This document shows positions 60,869 to 64,000 of a stretch of 64,000 nt of DNA, in pieces. Position numbers and translations under genes: made by a program. Source of the DNA: Nitrososphaeria archaeon (lineage in GTDB: Archaea > Thermoproteota > Nitrososphaeria > JACIWG01). The stretch lies in the NCBI GenBank assembly GCA_963752255.1, contig CAVVXT010000019.1:352001-416000 (forward strand), given 5' to 3'. Numbering within the stretch: position 1 is the stretch's first letter; every line of letters begins with the position of its first letter. The notes beneath the pieces were generated by a model that saw only the letters and a list, made by a program, of their open reading frames with translations, ran no database searches and was not told where the DNA came from.

Positions 60869-60958
60869 ATATTAATTAATAAGCCATAATATAAAATTTT
60901 TGTGCGTGAGTTAAGCCTTCAATACGATTTCAAAAAGTTCTATTTGATAAATAAATGC

Positions 60959-61004
60959 TTCTGTTAACTCTGCGGTTGACTGATGTTGGTGTTACCTTTC
61001 GGTT
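60959..61004 (-). repeat. Right copy of the 46-bp inverted repeat
   Basis: Reverse complement of 59730-59775 with one mismatch; contains the stop codon of the 60992 gene. Confidence 0.92.
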
Positions 61005-61723
61005 ACCGCAAACAGCACATCCGATCTTTTTATACCACCAAATAAAGCAAATATGCCATATTTATAAAAACAATCTACATCCTTAAAGCCAATCTTGGTT
61101 AATAGTTGCAGTTGGTCGAAAAGATTACTTGGCTTGTTCTCCGATTTCATTTTATAATTTGTTGGTATAGCATTGATCTCTGCCACGCTTAATGACTTTA
61201 GAAGAAGATCTTCCTTTAAGCCATTCTCTTGTAAATACTCCTTAATCCAGTCTGTCCACATATTGAATTGCCACTGTTCACTGCGTTCTGAGCTAGGCAA
61301 GACAGGGTCGAAATTAAGAAAAAGACCATCAAACTTCAATTCACTAAATATTTTTGCGTACATCTGAGATTTACCTAGGAAATCTAGATGGTGTATTGCG
61401 TTTGCTGAATAGACAAAATCGTACAGTGCATCATTTGCAGGTGAGGTGATATAGTCCTCGAATGATTGGTGTCTATAGTGAACGTTTGCTCCATAAAAAT
61501 TCTGTTTTGCCTTCTCCAGCATCAATACTGAACCATCCATTAGGTGAAATTCATTTTTGGGGTAGTTGCTTGCGATACGCTTAGATAACACGCCATTACC
61601 GCAGCCGAGGTCCAGCAGAACAAGGTTTTCTTTGCTATCGAAATATAAAACAAATATAATTTTCCGATTAAAGAAGAAAAACGAAATAGTTTGGAAAAAA
61701 CCTAGGTTACTCTTTTCTTTCAT
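60992..61723 (-). CDS. Class I SAM-dependent methyltransferase (CmoA-like); N-terminus probably degraded
   Basis: LLDLGCGNG, YSANAIHHL, DVDCFYKYGIFALFGG; first ~30 aa are low-complexity and atypical. Confidence 0.78.
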   Translation of the reverse strand: MKEKSNLGFFQTISFFFFNRKIIFVLYFDSKENLVLLDLGCGNGVLSKRIASNYPKNEFHLMDGSVLMLEKAKQNFYGANVHYRHQSFEDYITSPANDALYDFVYSANAIHHLDFLGKSQMYAKIFSELKFDGLFLNFDPVLPSSERSEQWQFNMWTDWIKEYLQENGLKEDLLLKSLSVAEINAIPTNYKMKSENKPSNLFDQLQLLTKIGFKDVDCFYKYGIFALFGGIKRSDVLFAVTER

Positions 61724-61925
61724 CGACAGGAAGGTTGTTTATGAGAGACTTAGGCGTGGAGAGTGAAGCTAGGACATACAGGGAATTTAACCGCAGGGTT
61801 TTTAAGCTCGGCCGGAGCATTTTTTACTGGTAAATATCTTATTTGTTTCTTTTATATAGTCTTGGCAGGCACATATGCAACTTTATTGAACAAAAGAATA
61901 ATGGTTTCTGAATCTTTAGACCGTG

Positions 61926-62099
61926 CCGGCTCAAACAAAAAAATATCCGCTCAAACAGCGCAAACGTCTTAGAAACTGGCCCGGACAAAAGCCCCAGAGC
62001 ATAATCCACTACCGTACAGCTCTCATGCAGGACGGTACTCCGTCGAGCCAACAAAAAGAGTTTGCGCAGACAGTTTAGCCAATTTACCGTTTGAGCCGG
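61926..62099. other. Candidate structured element (nested long hairpin; ncRNA or ssDNA structure)
   Basis: Nested complementary pairs CCGGCTCAAAC/GTTTGAGCCGG, GCGCAAAC/GTTTGCGC, TGGCCCG/CGAGCCA, TACCGT/ACGGTA. Confidence 0.5.
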
Positions 62100-62249
62100 A
62101 ACAACAACGATAAAAAACAGTCAATCAACCAAAAAGGTAAACGTCACCGCTGCCATAGACCCGTTTCCCTTTCTGGGTCTTATCATACGCTTTGCACATA
62201 CAATCTTTTAAGGAAACCTTTATTATATTAACTCGCTAAAAAATTTAAT

Positions 62250-62768
62250 ATGCCATCAAATCTCTCAAATGTTTATAAATTTTCATCTTTGATCAATACC
62301 TCTCTTGCAAAAGAAGGCCTACTGGTCGCATCATCGGGAGCAGACGGAAAAAGCAACGTCATGACGATCGGGTGGGGGGAAGTAGGGGTACTCTGGTCGA
62401 AGCCTTTCTTTATTGCCTTCATAAGGAAGTCGAGGTATACATATGAACTGATCGAGCAATCCGGTGATTTTACGGTAAACGTTCCTCCTGAAGGATTTGA
62501 AAAGATCATAGACTTTTGCGGTACTGAGACAGGAAGAAAAGTTGATAAAATTAAAAAGCTCGGCCTTAAGATCAAGCCTTCGAAAGCAGTGAAGAGCCCA
62601 ACCTTATCTGATTGTCTAGTCACGTTGGAATGTAAAGTTATGTTCAAGAAAAGGATTGTTAAAAAGGATGTTCCAAGCAATATGATAAAAAGATTCTACG
62701 ACAAAGGAGACTATCACACGTGCTACTTCGCTGAAATCGTAAATGTTACATCTAGAAACATTCCCTAA
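62250..62768 (+). CDS. Flavin reductase family protein
   Basis: NVMTIGW, IRKSRYTYELIEQSGDFTVNVP, FCGTETGRKVDK, LECKV, YHTCYFAEI. Confidence 0.92.
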   Translation: MPSNLSNVYKFSSLINTSLAKEGLLVASSGADGKSNVMTIGWGEVGVLWSKPFFIAFIRKSRYTYELIEQSGDFTVNVPPEGFEKIIDFCGTETGRKVDKIKKLGLKIKPSKAVKSPTLSDCLVTLECKVMFKKRIVKKDVPSNMIKRFYDKGDYHTCYFAEIVNVTSRNIP

Positions 62769-63252
62769 CTTTTTAAATTTTTCCTAATATATGAAATAGT
62801 ATCTGAAATTGTTTACAACCTATAAAGTCGTCCTTTTCTCTTCCCAACGCTATCATATAGCATATAATGAACAATCATGAAATAATATACTCATAATGAT
62901 CAGGTAACGATTTATCCATTAAAAAAATTAAAAACAGATTAGCAAAAAAAGTCATAACAACTTTAGCCTTCCATTAACGTCGTGGACAAAAATTAAGGCT
63001 CCCTATCCGTTCCTATAGCTTCTAAGACGACGCTGATAGCCTATGCTCCCACTAAGATATTCTTCTTTAATGTAAGTTCCGTTAAGGCACATATCTATCG
63101 GTTTCTGATAGTGGTCCTCCTATATAAAGAAGCCCTTATTCACCAGTTAAATAGAGATTCTTATGCGGTTTAACTGCGAGCAAGAAACCAGTAACAGCTT
63201 TCCTTTTAAAATTAACTTTAAATAAAACAATAAACCGTTTAATTGCTATCTT

Positions 63253-63438
63253 ATGCCTAATGCAGATGTTGAAGATAACCAAAAACCTGTAAAAAAAAAT
63301 AGGAAACCTGAAAAACAAGAAGAAAGTTGGGAAAAAGATATGAAAGACACAGAAGAGGACGAAGAAACTGAGACAGAAAATTCCGACGAATTTGAAGAAA
63401 ATGTTGAAGAAACTGAACATGCAGAAGAAAATGCTTAA
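63253..63438 (+). CDS. Small highly acidic disordered protein, copy 2
   Basis: 61 aa; MPNADVEDNQKPVKKNRKPEKQEE nearly identical to the 23582 copy. Confidence 0.65.
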   Translation: MPNADVEDNQKPVKKNRKPEKQEESWEKDMKDTEEDEETETENSDEFEENVEETEHAEENA

Positions 63439-63640
63439 AGCCGAATTTTTCCTCCAACAATTTCGTGAATTCTTATTAACTGGATGAAGTGTTGCGAGTT
63501 TATCTACCTTATCTCATTATGGCTTTAAAAATCTGCAGTTTCTGAATGAGCCCTTCCACTTAATCCCTGTCCGCTTTATAGAGCTCTTTAATACATCCTC
63601 TTACTTCCACTGCATATACGTCTGATATTTCCGCCATTTT

Positions 63641-63857
63641 TCACATCATCGCTTGTATGACCTGCGCCAAGATGCTTGAATATTCGATGGCGAACCGTTT
63701 GGAAAGCCATATTAAACTGATGCCGTGTTTCTTGAAATATTTAGAACGGGCTTCTTCATCTCTGGATGCAGGGGACCCTTTGACGTCAAAACCAAGGGCA
63801 CGATTACCTATCTCGATGTATATAGGAATAACGTATACCGGTGAGTTCCAAAGGTTT
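63641..63857 (-). pseudogene. DUF559/Vsr-like endonuclease-fold fragment
   Basis: Start-less frame NLWNSPVYVIPIYIEIGNRALGFDVKGSPASRDEEARSKYFKKHGISLIWLS...AMM*. Confidence 0.35.
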
Positions 63858-64000
63858 TAAGTGCGTATGCAATAATCGGAATTATATTACGGAGGGTTTA
63901 GATAAACAAATCTTAAAGAAGATTCCATACTGTTTAACAGCATCATTAATTTTTTACATTCTTCTAAAATCTGTTAAATTTATATCAACTTTAAAGGTCA

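Noticed and set aside
474-63460. Numerous antisense and overlapping ORFs in the six-frame track (e.g. 11724..12203, 31415..31951, 42364..42999, 48176..48712)
   Set aside because: They are shadows of well-supported genes on the opposite strand or another frame and carry no motifs

Overview
Archaeal genomic DNA. It has TATA/BRE promoters, GGTGA/GGAG ribosome-binding sites, an M42 TET peptidase and an SmsC/SmsB-type minimal SUF pair. The gene content suggests a TACK archaeon such as Bathyarchaeia; this is inference, as no marker gene is present. The window is an accessory, high-turnover region: mostly stand-alone metabolic, transport, detox and surface-protein genes separated by AT-rich spacers holding many gene scraps. 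No rRNA, complete tRNA or CRISPR array was seen. About nine single-base frameshifts interrupt otherwise intact genes; most sit at CTAG sites and are probably long-read errors at a methylated motif. The best candidate for an undescribed system is a tightly coupled five-gene operon (27763-32286, minus strand). It encodes two TULIP/BPI-like proteins (one with a six-Cys hydrophobic hairpin), a circularly permuted copper-less tandem cupredoxin-like protein, an ABBA/DMATS-like prenyltransferase and a single-domain class II terpene-cyclase-like protein. Other highlights: a twin-palindrome operator shared by two distant surface-protein promoters, one of them next to a membrane-anchored wHTH regulator; a 46-bp inverted repeat bracketing two cassette-like genes with a shared upstream element; an unexplained ~175-nt nested hairpin; a duplicated acidic micro-gene; and tRNA 3'-end fragments beside a mobile-element-like remnant.
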